NCBI RefSeq assembly: GCF_009914755.1
Contig: NC_060936.1
Source of the DNA: the human T2T-CHM13v2.0 reference genome, Homo sapiens
DNA length: 64,000 bases
Strand: one strand, 5' to 3'
The notes under the pieces are model-generated. The model made no database searches. It saw nothing but the letters and a program-made list of their open reading frames with translations, and had not been told where the DNA came from. Position numbers and translations under genes: made by a program. Shown here piece after piece: positions 28,034-44,707 of the stretch; positions within the stretch are counted from its first letter, which is position 1; each line of letters begins with the position of its first letter.

Positions 28034-28553
28034 TGGGATTTTGATCTGCGAATTAAGAACTGCTACATTAGAGGAGCTTAAGGAACCACTGTATCATAAA
28101 GATAAATCCTAAGGCAATCAAGGGATGCAAACTCACTTTTCTTGTGCAAGCTGAAGATATGCAGGTCAGCTTATATTTACTGTGGTTTCTTCAAGGCAAT
28201 CATGGATATTGAACATCACCACAGATATTTACCAAGCTCCTTCCAAGTGTTAAGGGCTGTGTCCCTGGTGCCAGTCCCATGCCTAGCCTATAGACAATGT
28301 CCAGGAAGTGATCACTGAATGACATGGGGGAGTAAAAGTGTCCATCAAGACTCTCATTACATCCAGAGGAGGCTCATGGAGAGACAAAGAGATCTTCCTC
28401 GCTGTCCTCCCGCATCCTTGTCCCCGAGGCTATACGCAGCATATTCATCGGTCTAGTATGAGAAAAATTGCATCATAGATGGTGGGCAATCTGTCCCCTA
28501 GAAAAAGCTCTAGCCACCAAGGTAATTAATTTATTTTAACTGGTACATCACTA

Positions 28554-28976
<423 letters not shown>

Positions 28977-29224
28977 CTACGTAAAAATATATGTATACAT
29001 ATACACATAGATAGGATCTGTATATATGCATAGAAAATAGCAATATGGATCAAATGTGAATAGTAGTTATCACTGCGTATTGAGACTGGATGATTTCTAT
29101 TTTTGTATTTTGGAACTTTATTTAAATGAGGATTAATGATGTTTACAGTCATAAAATAATCTTTCCATTTTGATAATTAAAAACAAGAGAAAGTCTTTTG
29201 CGTTTAAAATAGTCTTATTCTTGC

Positions 29225-29432
29225 TTTTTTTTTTTGAGACAGGGTCTTGCTCTGTTGTCCAGGCTGGAGTGCAGTGGCACAGTCATGGCTCACAGAAAGC
29301 TTGACCTCCCAGGCTCACATGATCCTCTCACCTCAGCCTCTGGAGTAGCTGGGACCACAGGTAATGTGTCATCACACCTGGCTGATTTTTGTATGTTTTT
29401 TAGAGACAGGGTTTCAACATGTTGCCCAGGAT
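29225..29432 (-). mobile_element. Partial Alu (AluJ-like)
   Basis: Antisense right arm plus part of the left arm. Confidence 0.85.
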
Positions 29433-32400
29433 GGATCTTATTCTTTCTGCATCACCTTGGGGTTCTGAGGGTCTCTTCATTCTCTGGCTGAGAGGGCTGG
29501 GAACTACTTTCCAGCAAAATCTGGAACCTCTCTGCAGGTGCTGTCATGGCTCACCTCTATGTGCCAGGAAGCTGCCCATTCATTTGGCAAAGAATCTTGT
29601 TTAGGCTCTTCAGTTTTCATACTGGATGCCAATTCTAACATCTTCTCAGTGAGACTTTGAAGTATCAAGCTCTTCCTTTAAGCTGCAACCCTAATACTTC
29701 TACTCCAAGTGCGGAATTGACCCTTTAATGGTCCAACTTCTGCCAAGCCCAAGTGAAAAATGTTGTTACGTGGATATTAACTTATAGACATGCAGTCAAT
29801 CCGCTCTTGTAGCTGTGCAAAGTTTGATCTCTGCACGAAGTCAAACTGCCTATGAACTTGAACTGTATTTTATTTCCTTTCATAATGATGATAAAGCAGT
29901 GGCAGCAGCAACTACACATGATATTGCCTACTACATCCTAGGGACGAGGCTAAGTGCCTTCTGTGGATTGTCTACCCCTTACAACACCTTACAGAGGAGG
30001 AATGACCATCCTCATTTTACGTGTGAGAAACTAAGGATCAGCGAAATTGACAACTTGGCCAAGTTCATACAGCAGAGCCAGGATTCAAGTGCAGATCTGA
30101 CTTCAGATTAGCCAGTGTTTCATGCCACTGGGCTATCCTACCTTCATTGCTCTCATGAATGTGCTGGTCTTCTGTGCCTATTTCATTGAGGCACCCTCTA
30201 GAACACCATCTTGTGTTTTGGAGATTCACTGTACAAATGTTGGTGAAGACATTATTACACAGTATCCCCTCATGGGGGCCTAGGACAGAAAGTTCCTTCA
30301 TACTTAAGTCTTATTAAAATACTATTTTCGGAAGGGAAGGGGTATACTTTTCTTTCAAAGAAATATGCAGCATAAAATTACTGCATTTCCCTTTTTGCCT
30401 TGACCTCCAGGAAGCTCAGAGCTAAAAGCTCAGAGCTAGAGAGAGCCCAGCTCCCATACCTTTCCACAACTCCATGGTCTGTATATTGATGCTACAACTT
30501 TTCCCTTGATATGGAGCTTCCTTTTAGCCTATATTTTCCCTAATTCAGATTTGTGTGTATGTATATATATATTTTCAGACTACTATACCTATTCATGTAG
30601 GCTGTCTTCAATCCGTTATGGAATGAGGCATGGTAGAAACACTGTCCATTTGTTCACTTAGATATTTATTCCAGGACTTACTTTGTTGAATGCATTGCTG
30701 CCCAAATGGCTGACAAGGTATGTCAGGCATAAAGCTTCATCTCATCTGGCGAATATGACGAAGGAGTAAGGAATCTGAGGAGGAGGCCATCCAGGGAGGA
30801 AAGGCCCTCCTGACCCAGGCTGGGAGGCTGCTCTTTCTGAGTGGACCATTTTGACCTGCCTTGCAGTGCTTTGCATTACCATTAGAAACACAATGGCCAC
30901 ATTTTCATGACTGGAATGGAATGAACAAATGTATTCATTCCATAGCATCAGAGAGCTGCAGGCCCAGACAGGGGTCAGCAGAAGCTCACCCACACCATGA
31001 AGAGGGCACAGATGCAGACACGTTCAAGGGAAGGGCTGTGTCTGTATGTGGGAGTCCAGGGCAGAAAAGCTTGGGTGTCATAAAGTACCTTGAGATGTCT
31101 GATTGAAAAGTGTCTATCAGTGAATAGAGGCCATAAACAGAGTCCCTGGATCACCTGCATAGGCCAGCTCCACCATGGGCTACCTACCTACAGCACCTAT
31201 TGCCACTGAGAAGTGGGTGTGGTCCAGGTGACCTATTGGTCCCTTTCCACCCTGGGAGTTTCAGGATTCTCTGATTAGAAGGGGCTATCTTTTACCCAGT
31301 CAACTACAGATTCAGTTTAGAGATGCACGCACAGTTGATGCTGTGCTAAACAGTGGCATGTTACCCAGAGGCCAGACTGCAGGGCTCCATAACCCACCAG
31401 CTAGAGCTCAGAGAGGCAGTCACCACCAACGGGCTGCCCTTCATCTCAGAAAACACCTTCATTCCAGCAATCACCCCCAAATGCTATTCCAAATGGCCAA
31501 GCATTTCATCTATTACAAAATGGATTTGTTCTTGGCAATACATGCGTTTGCCATCTCCCACCTTTGCCTGGTGAGTTACTGCTTATCCTTGAAGACTCAC
31601 CTCGGGCATCATATCTCCAGAAGCCTTCTTTGAATCTCCTTTCCTGTCCTCCCAACCCTGGCTAAGTTAGGTGCCCCTCCTCTGCGGTGCCACAATACCT
31701 TGGGCACAGCCCTACTTACCACGTGGTATTTATTATGATTTTCTCCTTATAGGGCTGATTCCCCCAGTTGACTGAGCTCCTTGAGGGCTCTGGTCTCACT
31801 GGGCTTTGCATCTCTAGGGCTTAGAATAGGTCAGGTGCTCAAGAAATGTTTGTTGGCTAAACACAAAAAGGAAGTTGCCTGGTAGGTCCCTAAGATAAGG
31901 GAACTTGCACCTTAAGGTTAAGAAAAGGGGGAATATGGATGGCCAGAGCCAATTCCTTCCTTCTGTCTTCTCTCCCACAGGCAGACCTGAAGAACAAAAG
32001 CTAGACAAGTGCAGATAATGCCACAGGGGGCCTGAAGACACAAGAAGGTTTTTTTCAATCTGGGTTCTCAGTGGGGTCTCCAGAAAGAAGCGACATTTCT
32101 TTTTAGGCTATATTTTGCTTGTACTTGTTTTTTTAAGACCTGGGGTAAGCCTGGTCTACAACTTGCTTCACCCACGTCCGGAGGCAAAAATAACTTCGAG
32201 AATATTCTGGGCATATTCACAGACTTCATTGACATCTCTTTAGCTCTACCTATAGTTAGTTCTCTCAAGTACCAGCCAGAAATTAGTCTTCATAGATTGT
32301 ACAGAAATAAATAGTGCCCAATCATAGCCTTCAGCATTTAGAAACAAATATTAGCAATTCTGCTAAGATGTCTATCTGGGGCAAGATGACAAATCAACTG

Positions 32401-33182
32401 GCCAAAATGCAGGTAGCTTCTTTAGGGCTAATTTTGGCTAACTAAAAGAGCCACGAGATTCCTTTATCTCCCTAATTATAACAGGGGCAGATGTAGAAAA
32501 TTTTGAAAATACTAAGAATAAAGGAAAAAATAAAATTCAGCTGTGAAATTCCACTGTTGGGATATGGCTACTGCTAACATCTTGGTGCATTTTCTTTTTA
32601 TATTTGTATATACACCCAAATACTTTCATTTCCTATATGAATATTTAAATATGAATTTAAAAACTAGAATACTTTATGAGTCTAAAATCATAACATACTT
32701 TATGTGCAGTCTCATAAGTTCCTTTTTTGCGCAACATTATCTCATAGTTGGTCTTCGCATGCCATTACACGTTCTTCAAAAACCAGATTTTTAAAGGGGG
32801 TGAGCGTTCCACTGTATCTGCTGAGGTTTAACTTTATGCCTCACCCCAAGTATAGGAGGTTGGGCCTTACTTTGTTAAACCACAACTTGCTTTCTTATAT
32901 TAATAGCATTCCAGGTTCCCTGTGGATGTCATGCACTGCAGCCCAACACACTGGTCACCTGTCTTCATGGAACCACAGCCTAAGGTGGCTGGCCAGCAGC
33001 CCTGTCACACCCATCCAGAGGGACTGGCCTGCCTGGGAGGAAGAAACATGCAATCTTTATCCTGTAACTTGGCCAGGGTTTGTGCAAAGGCAGTACAGGA
33101 GGAAGAAATGCCAGATTTCAACCTCTCCCCTGCTCCTCAAAAGAAAAAGCTCCAGTGGAAGCTGTAGGGAACTCTTCACTAA

Positions 33183-33479
<297 letters not shown>

Positions 33480-34222
33480 TTCTTCACTAACTTGTGAGGC
33501 ATTGGACATGGGTCACTCACCAGATTCAAACCTTTTAAATTTGAACCCTTGTTGTTTAAATCTTTCTCAAATGGATATGCCTGTTTCCTTGGTTTAGTCA
33601 GCACAGCAAATATAAATGGCTTTTCCTTTACTTATTGCAGATGCCTACCTGATACCCTGAGTTCACTATTCTAAACTGAATTAATGAGTTGCCGTGCCTC
33701 CAAACCGACCACGTGTTCACTCACACAGACTAAGTGTTCAGCTTCCAACCTGCGCGTCCCTCCTCTTGGAGAGCCCACCCTGCTGGCTGCTGGTGCAGTG
33801 CCCGGGTGGCATGGATCTGATTCTGTTGTAACTATTTGCTTGTGTCCCTTCATCTCCTGCTGGACCATGAGCTCCTGGAGAGCAGGGATGTGTGTCTAAT
33901 GCATGGCAGGCACTCTATCAATACAGGAATGAATTTTATGTGGAATCTGACTTTTTTCCTCAGATGTGGAAGCACGCAGCAACAAACATATGTCGTGAAT
34001 CAAAAACCGGGACATAAAGCCTCACACAGGGTCTGACAAGAATATAAGCATCACTATTAACTGCTTCTGCTATTCTCTGTGTCCTCGGCAGCTAAGAGTT
34101 ATTGAATACCATGTGCTGGAAATGCGTATGTGTCACCTTGTTTAATCCTTGCAATCACCATAGGAGGTGTCCTATTATAATCTCTATTTTACAGATTAGG
34201 AAACTGAAGACTAGAGGCATTC

Positions 34223-34847
34223 TTTTTTATTTTTTGAGTCAGAGTCTTGCTCAGTCACCCAGGCTGGAGTGCAGTGGCACCATCTTGGCTCACTGCAACC
34301 TCTGCCTCCTGGTTCAAGTGATTCTCATGCCTCAGCCTCCCAAGTAGCTGGGATTACAGGTGTGTACCACCACGCCTGGCTAATTTTTGTATTTTTAGTA
34401 GAGATGGGGTTTCACCATGCTGGTCTGGCCGGTCTTGAACTCCTGAGCTCAGGAGATCCACCTGCCTCAGCATCCCAAAGTGCTGAGATTACAGGTGTAA
34501 GCCACTGCACCTGGCCTTTATTTTTCTGAGACAGAGTCTCATCCTGTCACCCAGGCTAGAGTGCAGTGGTGCGATCTCTGCTCACTGTACTCACTGTAAC
34601 CTCCGCCTCCCAGGTTCGAGTGATTCTCCTGTCTCAGCCTTAGGTTCAAGCAGTTCTCCTGCCTCAGCCTCCCAAGTAGCTGGGATTACAGGTGTGCACC
34701 ACCATGCCAGGCTAATTTTTGTATCTTTAGTAGAGACAGGGTTTTACCATGTTGGCCAGGCTAGTCTGGGACTCTTGACCTCAGGTGATCCGCCTGCCTT
34801 GGTTTCCCAAATGCTGGGATTACAGGCATGAGCCATCGTGCCTGGCC
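34223..34847 (-). mobile_element. Two tandem antisense Alus inside a MIR
   Basis: Alu bodies at 34223-34516 and 34517-34847; outer ggcattct duplication. Confidence 0.9.
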
Positions 34848-35765
34848 CATGGCATTCTCGCCCAAACTATGAAGCTAAGAGTGCAGATCTGGGATTCAAA
34901 ACCAGACTGATTCTAAAGGCCACCCCCTGATCATGACACTTGACTGCCAGTTATTTAGAAGTGGGGGGTGCAACAAATACATGCATAAATGCTGCAAAGC
35001 AATCTGTGAAAACAATTTCAGAATGTCTGGTTTCTAACTTCACAAAAAATGGGATTAATTTAAGGCACTGAAAACTTTGTCTCCCCACCCCCAAAATAGG
35101 GATGAGAAGATCTCTGAATATCCAACCACCTTTGTCTTTGTGGCCTGGTTAGTTCTCAGTGATTTATGCCAATGGAGAGGAGATCTGGATAAATGAAACC
35201 CAGCACTGTTAATTTATCTATTCTTTTTTGGGAGGTGGTGGTGTTAGTGTAGAAGGACCATTGGAATGCGATGCTGTCTTTTTTATTCCATCAGGGCCAT
35301 TTGCTCCTCTTAGGAGCTGCGTCCTTCCTGCAGCTGACTTGCTGGTGAGTTTCAGCTGGCTGGACAGGGCCAGGGAACGGCTTCTCTTTTACCTGTAGGT
35401 TGCCACTTTGTATGCAGAAGAGTAACCAGGGAAAGTGTTCGAGTTCAATTTTTAAGGGCTCTATGCATTGTGACATTTTCTTATATTGCCATTTCTTTTC
35501 ACAGTATCACAGTCAAATAGGTTGAAGTCTATTTTCAGGTGGAGAAAATGAGAAACAGAATGAGAGAGATCACCCGCCTCCATGATATTAATTCAATTGT
35601 CAGAGGTGAACTAACATCAATAATAGCAAGAGTTCTTTTGCATCTTTAAGTTCTCACTTTGTGGGACAATCTCTGCAACATAAGCCATAAATATTTTTCT
35701 TCAGGGACCTCAAACTACTCCATGGAAGTAATCTCGGCATTTAAAAAAGCACTCAAGAATTTAAA

Positions 35766-36071
<306 letters not shown>

Positions 36072-37312
36072 AGGAATTTAAATTTTATTAAACTGATGAG
36101 AAAACCAACAAGCAAACTCATAGCAGAGCCAAAGTTGGAAGTGGTGTAGGTATCACTGATCACGACCACGTGGTTGATGCTAGTGTTTTTCTTGCCCCAC
36201 ACTTTGGCTGGCTTTGTGCATATGGATGGGAGAGTACTACAGAAGGTGATCACACAGTCGGATGACCATGTTTTCCTGCGTTTTGTCACTTCTGTTTCTC
36301 CAGCTTAGATCCTCACATGGCCCACATTCAGCCAAGAAAGCACAGGGAAGAGGGAGCTCCGTCTCCCACACGTCCCACCCACCCTGCACCACGTCTTCAA
36401 CATTCTCTACGCACTCCTGAGACCGTCTCAGCCTCGCCATGTGCTGCACACCGAGGAGCACAGGATTTGGGAGTTGCAAGTGAAAAATGAGCATGGTTAA
36501 AAATATCAAAGACTGCAAACATATTCTTTTCAGAGGAGTGAGAATTAGCAAGGGTCTGGCAGCAAAGCCATGGCTTTTAATGCTATTAAAAAGGAAGAAC
36601 ACCTTTTAACATTTAAAACTATTGAATGAGGCTCTTCTCAGATATTTGATACAAATCTGATACTCCCATGGAGAATGCATCAAAATCTTTCTATGTTGAC
36701 TTACATCAACTCTCTATTACTGAGAAATCTAGAGTAACTAAGCAAATAAAATACAGAAGACAACAGTTTTGAAATTACCTTGGTTGTCTCTCTCTCTCAC
36801 CTATAGTGGCCTTTTGAGGACGATCACTTCAGCCTCGGGATCTGGTGGCCACTGAAATACCCATTCCCTCTCTGGCAGTCCCATTTGTGTAGAATTCTCT
36901 CCACTCATTTAAGAGCAGAGGAGAGAAAAGCTGAGTCCATTTTTAACTCTCACAACTCCTAGTCTCATAACACATCCTTCTTTTCTGCTCACCCTACAGT
37001 TCCCTCTTCCCCAAGTTCTCACTGCCCAGAAGGTGGAGTTTGGGGAAGCTTTTGTTCTACAGTGGGTGAGATGTGTTTCAGGCCTAGCAAGTTAGGGATA
37101 TGATTAGAAATCAGCTATGACAACAACGAGAGCATAGACTCCAGAATACAGAGCAGGCTTGGTGCTTGCTTGTGTGTATATATTGGCTTTTTTCTTGACA
37201 ACCCTAATTCTGTTTTGCTCTAGTCTTTTTATTTTCATCTCCCCATCATTTAAAACTGAAAATATCACAAGCTGAATTTATGGTAGATTCCAAGCAACAA
37301 AAGCAGGCTTAG

Positions 37313-37774
<462 letters not shown>

Positions 37775-38115
37775 TCAGGGCCCTGCAGAGTCCCATAGTA
37801 CGTAAACTATGTTAAGCTCACATCCTAGCTTCTGTAGGGGGGGGCTCCAGGCCTCCTTTCTCGGACTACAATTTCTATGAGAAAATGCTCTGAACTTCAA
37901 ATCTAACTGTCCATAAACTGGAAACTTCCTAGACATCACTGAATTTTCTTGATGATATCAGATAAAAACATGGGATATGTGATAACAGTACATAAAAACA
38001 TGTGACCCATAAAAGGTCTTTAAGGTCCAAAAAGCAGTAACTTCACAATTAAAAATGTATACATACTTATTTAGCTAAAAGGTTAAATGTGTATTTGAGG
38101 TATTATAGGGTCTTC

Positions 38116-38120
<5 letters not shown>

Positions 38121-38150
<30 letters not shown>
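38121..38150. repeat. T30 homopolymer
   Basis: Direct read. Confidence 0.95.
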
Positions 38151-38152
<2 letters not shown>

Positions 38153-40133
38153 CATTTGGGGCAGCCCAGGGGACTGATTCATATCAAAAGAATTTTAAGG
38201 CTTCAAGACTGGACTGGTATTGAACTGCCCTACATAAGGATACAAAATCCATGCTCAAAGAAGCTTTTTTTAGTGCAAGTGAAGCTTGTTGCATCTCAGA
38301 ATTGCTCAAAGTCCCAGGTCAAGGGTGGTGGCCTTTGTTACTAATTTTGAGGTTTGACAAACTGTTCACCTAGAGAAGATTAAAATGGAGGATCTGTGTA
38401 AGATGAAAGTCCTTTGGAGCTGGTATGAGAATCCTAAGCTAGTAATGTCTACATTAAATCAAACATCTGGATGAAAAGATAAATGTTAAGGCAATTCTCT
38501 ACATGTTTTTCTAAGTGTATCAGGGATATAACGTTCATCATAAAACTAAACAGTTGACTATTTCTTCCCCCAACATTTCACCTCAGTATTCTGGTGATAT
38601 ATATATATCACACACACGTATAGCTAATAAACTCAAGGGGGCAGATAGTCCACAGAAACCAGTTTTAGTTTCATGTGGAAAAATACTTTAGATACTCTGA
38701 TGAAGGCAAATTATATATTACCTTAAAAACCAATTTTATTGAAAGAAATGCTGCAATACTTAGGAAAAAGGTGGCGTTCATCCTGAAAAGTATCAGAATA
38801 TTCATGTTGATGTTCAATGCAAACACGGTCTAGAGGCAGCAAGGTCTGTGGAGTCAATGTTTTCTTTCTGCTATTTCTATTTTAATGTTTATTTATTGCT
38901 TTCACTTTTTCAATCCTTTCGTAATGGCAGTAGGAAAACTTTGGAAGATAAATACACATCTGACAAACCTATCTTATGTCTTTTAGCAGAAAAAGGGTCA
39001 GGCTGTTAACTGACGTCAGCAGGCAGGGAGAGGGAGGAGGTGAAGGAACAAATGCTGAACACCTGTTATTTATGAAGCACTCTACATATGTTCTTTCATT
39101 TCACTCCTGGTGAAAACCTGCAAGGTAGAAACTCTTGTCTCTGTTCTCTAGCTATGAAAATTAGGACTCGGAAAAGTCCAGCAACTTCTCTAAGACCAGA
39201 GAGTAGAGAGATAGCTGATTTGGGATGTGAACTTTGGTATTCCGTTCTTTCTATGACATCAATCCAACCCCTATAGAGAAAGGTATTTCACATAAACCAA
39301 AATAGATGTGAACAGGATGAAATTTGACTGTATAAAGAAACAATCAAATTTTACAAGAATTGCAAGTTATGTTTAAGGCACCAGAAACCTAACACTGCAC
39401 ATCCTTGTAAACCCTGAATGAAATGGCTTTAATCAACACTTTAATCCCGTGCAAACAAACGCTTCCTGAGATATTTAGAGCAGTCTCGCAGGGCTTTGCT
39501 TTGCAGTCTTTACTGTTACCACAGACTACTTTTATATCACTCTCCTCAAGCCTCCCCAAATGGAAGGGTTTGTTTTTTTTTTTAAAGGCCCATGATCATT
39601 CTTTCCCATTTTCAATCTTTCTTTAAAAACCAAAAGGGGTGAGGAACATGTAGCATGATACAAATGCTCTGAGCATGAACTGCCTGACTCACGGACCTTA
39701 AGCTGGTATAGATTTTGGATTACAGTTGGCCTTGGCCTATAGGTGTTCATCAGAACTGGAAAACATTGCTTCAGGCAGTCTTCTACCCATGGCATTGAAC
39801 TGGGGGCTGGCCTCTCACGAATATATGAATACGTGATTCCTGATTCTTTAAATATGTATATTTCAAACCCAGTGAGCAGAGCAGAATCATCAAACTTAAG
39901 TGGCATTTTCAAATTCTTCTGATTATAAATTATTAATATACTATATCAGAGATATCCTCAAGCAATTTGTACCACCTTGAGGGCATATCAATCTTAAAGA
40001 AACATTTGTTATTTCCTTTAATTGTTTCCATTTTCCAAGTTTGTAATATATGAGCTAGTCTTTTAGGTTTAATGACAAGTATGGCTATAAATGGAAGTGG
40101 TGTAATCCCATAAGGATGTCATTACAAGACCAA

Positions 40134-40734
<601 letters not shown>

Positions 40735-41104
40735 AAGACTAATTTCTGAATGAGCATATGGGCCAAATCTTGGAGTTCCCAATTACCACCTGTAGGTATC
40801 TGATCTGACTCCTATTCAATATAGAAGACTGCAGATTTGTATGAGGCAAACACACCTATTATGCCCTAGTACTTAGAAATGGCTACTAGAGAAACTGACA
40901 GACATAGTGAGGGACAAGGAGGCTGTAAGACCTTTACTATGTTTTGGTGCCAGAGAAACAAAGGGATTTCTCAAGTCTGAAAGTGAAATTAGTAAATGAG
41001 TAATGGCAGTTGAGATACTAGGTAGGGCTGGCATTCTAAGTTGAATGGAAGAATGAAAATATCGAAAAATCTCCAAACAGCCTAGTCTGCCAAAATGTAC
41101 TTGG

Positions 41105-41871
41105 TGTTATGAGTGGAACTGTGACCCACCCAAAATTCATATGTTGAAGGCTTAACATGCAGTACCTCAAAATGTGGCTGTATTTGAAGATAGTGCCCTG
41201 AAAGTGGTGATTCAGTTAAAATGAGGTCATTGGGGTGGGCCCTGATGCAATCTGACTGGTGTCCTTACAAGAAGAGGAAATTTGGACCCAGACATCTAAG
41301 CACAGAGGAAAGGCGATGTGAGGACACAGCAAGTACGCAGCTGTATTAGTCAGTTCTCACGCTGCTAATAAAGACGTACCCAAGACTAGGTAATTTATAA
41401 AGGAAAGGGGTTTAATTGGCTCACAGTTCCACATGGCTGGGGAGGCCTCACAATCATAGCAAAAGGTGAATGAAGAGCAAAGCCACGTCTTACATGGCGG
41501 CAGGCAAGAGAGAGCTTGTGCAGGGGAACTCCCATTTATAAAACCATCAGATCTTGCGACACTTACTCACTATCATGAGAATAGCACAGGAAAGACCCAC
41601 CCCCACGATTCAATTACCTCCCACTGGGTTCCTCCCATGACACATGGGAATTATGGGAGCTACAATTCAAGGTGAGATTTGGGTAGGGACACAGCCAAAC
41701 CATATCAGCCGCCATCTACAAGGCAGGGAGAGAGGCCTCAGAAGAAACCAAACCTGCCGACACATTGGTCTTACACTTCTGGCCCCCAGAAGCTGTGAGA
41801 AAATGAATTTCTGCCATTTAAGCCTCTCGGTCTGTGGTACTTTGTTATGGCAGCCCTAGCAAACAAATACA
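41105..41871 (+). mobile_element. MLT1 LTR with a nested antisense THE1 LTR (41342-41707)
   Basis: Outer TSD cttgg at 41100-41104 and 41872-41876; inner TSD gcagc/gccgc; THE1 ends tgtattagtc...catatca. Confidence 0.88.
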
Positions 41872-41997
41872 CTTGGTATGTATCTTAATACCGGGTAAAC
41901 AAGCCAAGCTAGTGTGTTAATTATAAGTTGGGCTTTCAATACAGTCCAGGCCCATTCTGCAAAGTCTTTAATCTGTTGAAAGGGGGTGGGTACTCAC

Positions 41998-42135
41998 CAC
42001 ATCAAAGGCAGTAAACACATGACAGTAGTGGTGATTAGACTTCAAATCTTTTGTGATATAGGCAAATGTTGAGAGGTCTTCTGGGTCCTGGGCAGCACAG
42101 GAGATATTACGAATTTCATGCTCAGCAATTATGTT
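41998..42135 (-). CDS. ANKS1B: ANKS1B PTB exon: [46 protein letters not shown]
   Basis: tttcttccag|AAC ... GTG|gtgagt; 138 nt; PTB motifs ISCAAQD, FAYIT and CHVF. Confidence 0.97.
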
Positions 42136-42410
42136 CTGGAAGAAATGACATAAATGATCATTGTTTTCCTCTGCGAACCAGCATATATGACAACCAAGAC
42201 AAGTAACCCAGGAAGCAGTTGCTTTCCTTCTTTCTGGAGTGTTCTAGACTAGCAACACTCAAAGTGGTCCACTATATTATTTGTGGGTAAATGAATACCA
42301 GATATGGAAGAAATATTTTCATTTAATTAAAAACAACCTAACACAGTCATATCCTGGAGCTGCAGTTCTCACCAGTTGCTGTGCATAGAAGCAGTCTGGG
42401 TGGCGGCCAC

Positions 42411-42718
<308 letters not shown>

Positions 42719-44376
42719 TAAAAAATAATAGTAATTACTAAGCATTTGACTGTTTCCATTCCCCATGTCCACCTGTAGCTGTGCAGCACTGCTTTCTGCT
42801 AATTCTGTATGGAGGGGAGCATCTGTCGCTTTCTCTGTATGAGAAGAGATCTGACCCAATGAGGCTCTTCAAATCCCTCGCCATCATGCTTGCACGTTGT
42901 TCTTGTGTCCTGCTCCTCCTCCCTCAGAGCAAGGGCAGGTACTGAAGGAAGCAGGCAGGTGGAAGCCTCAAGGTGCTTTCTCCGTGGAAACTAAGGTGCA
43001 GGGGCCTGATAAGAGAAACACCATACTGCAAGATTCAGGCCTTGGATGCCTTGCTTGATCTGGGCCCTGTGGCTATATTAACAACACTTTCCTAACTACA
43101 TCCACTGTGTATAATTAGGAGGTGGTGCTGTTGCTACCATTATTTACAGGTGAAGCAACTGGTACTCAAAGAATTTAAGTGCCTTATGCAGAGCAGGTGC
43201 TGGGGTGGAACTGAAATTTGGGGTTGTCTGACTGTGGAGCTCAGGCTCTTTGAAATGCATTGCAATGCCCTTCAACGTCTCCACCTCCCTCTTACTGGCT
43301 TAACAAGAATTGAGTTATTTCTTCTCTAGCATCTCTTTGTGCCTTCTTCCCTGGTGGGAGAAAGGTTTAAGTACCATTGTCCTGAAGCACAAAATAACCA
43401 CGAAGCAGCTTGGCTGCAAACCCTGCTAGAAACTTCTTTTGATACATAGATGTGTTTAAAAAGAAAAAAAGAAAAAAATTCACATAATCGTGCAATCATT
43501 TTCTTATCTTATAATATCCCATTTATGTTTTTTTGCAGTTGTCACAGATCTAAAACCCTCGATGCTTTAGTTACTCTAATTACTTTTTAATTGCGCTGTC
43601 TTAAATAACCTGTTGGCAATACAGTGTTCCGTGTACAGCCATCAATGCCTAAAAATGCTTACAAAATGTCCTTCCCTGCCAGCACCCCCAGCAAGTACTT
43701 CATGTCCCTCACTTTACCAAGCTGAGTGGTTCGGAGGCAATTACAGAATTAACTCACAAAAGAAAATTAAATTAAGACATTTTTCACCGTGGCCTTTTGT
43801 GTTGACATTAATGCAGTGCTCTGTCAAAAAATAACTCAAATTGCAATTGGAATCCCATAAACAAGTAACATTCTATTGCAAGATAAGTTTCAGACTAGAA
43901 GGTGATGATCCTCTTCTGGCATCCAGATAGCATTCCTTCAAGTAGAAAACCAAATTAGGGATGGGTGAGTCTTAAAATAATGTTAAAATGAGAAAAAGGT
44001 GCAATGTGAGATGGTGTGGGAACCTCTGCCATTATCTTGATTGGGGGCAGCCAATGCCCTGGGAAGCCTGGGTGGATTTGGTCTCACTTGTCCAGGAGGC
44101 ACTGTCACAGGAAATAGGTGCTTCAACTTTTACTAAGTTGGCATTTTGTGTTCTTGAGATCTTTTGCAAGATCTCAAGGTAGATGCACTTCTTGGGAAAT
44201 GAAAAGTGCTCTGTGATTTTTATTGCACTGAACTCTCTGAATCTTGCCAACTCATGGGATGCCACTCTTGACAATTTCCAATGGTGCACGGCAGCACTGT
44301 GGCCTGGGGGAAAGTTGCAAAGGAGGAAAAGTATATCTTTGGTACTCTCTCCTCCTGTGTCTTTGCTGACCCCTGA

Positions 44377-44707
<331 letters not shown>

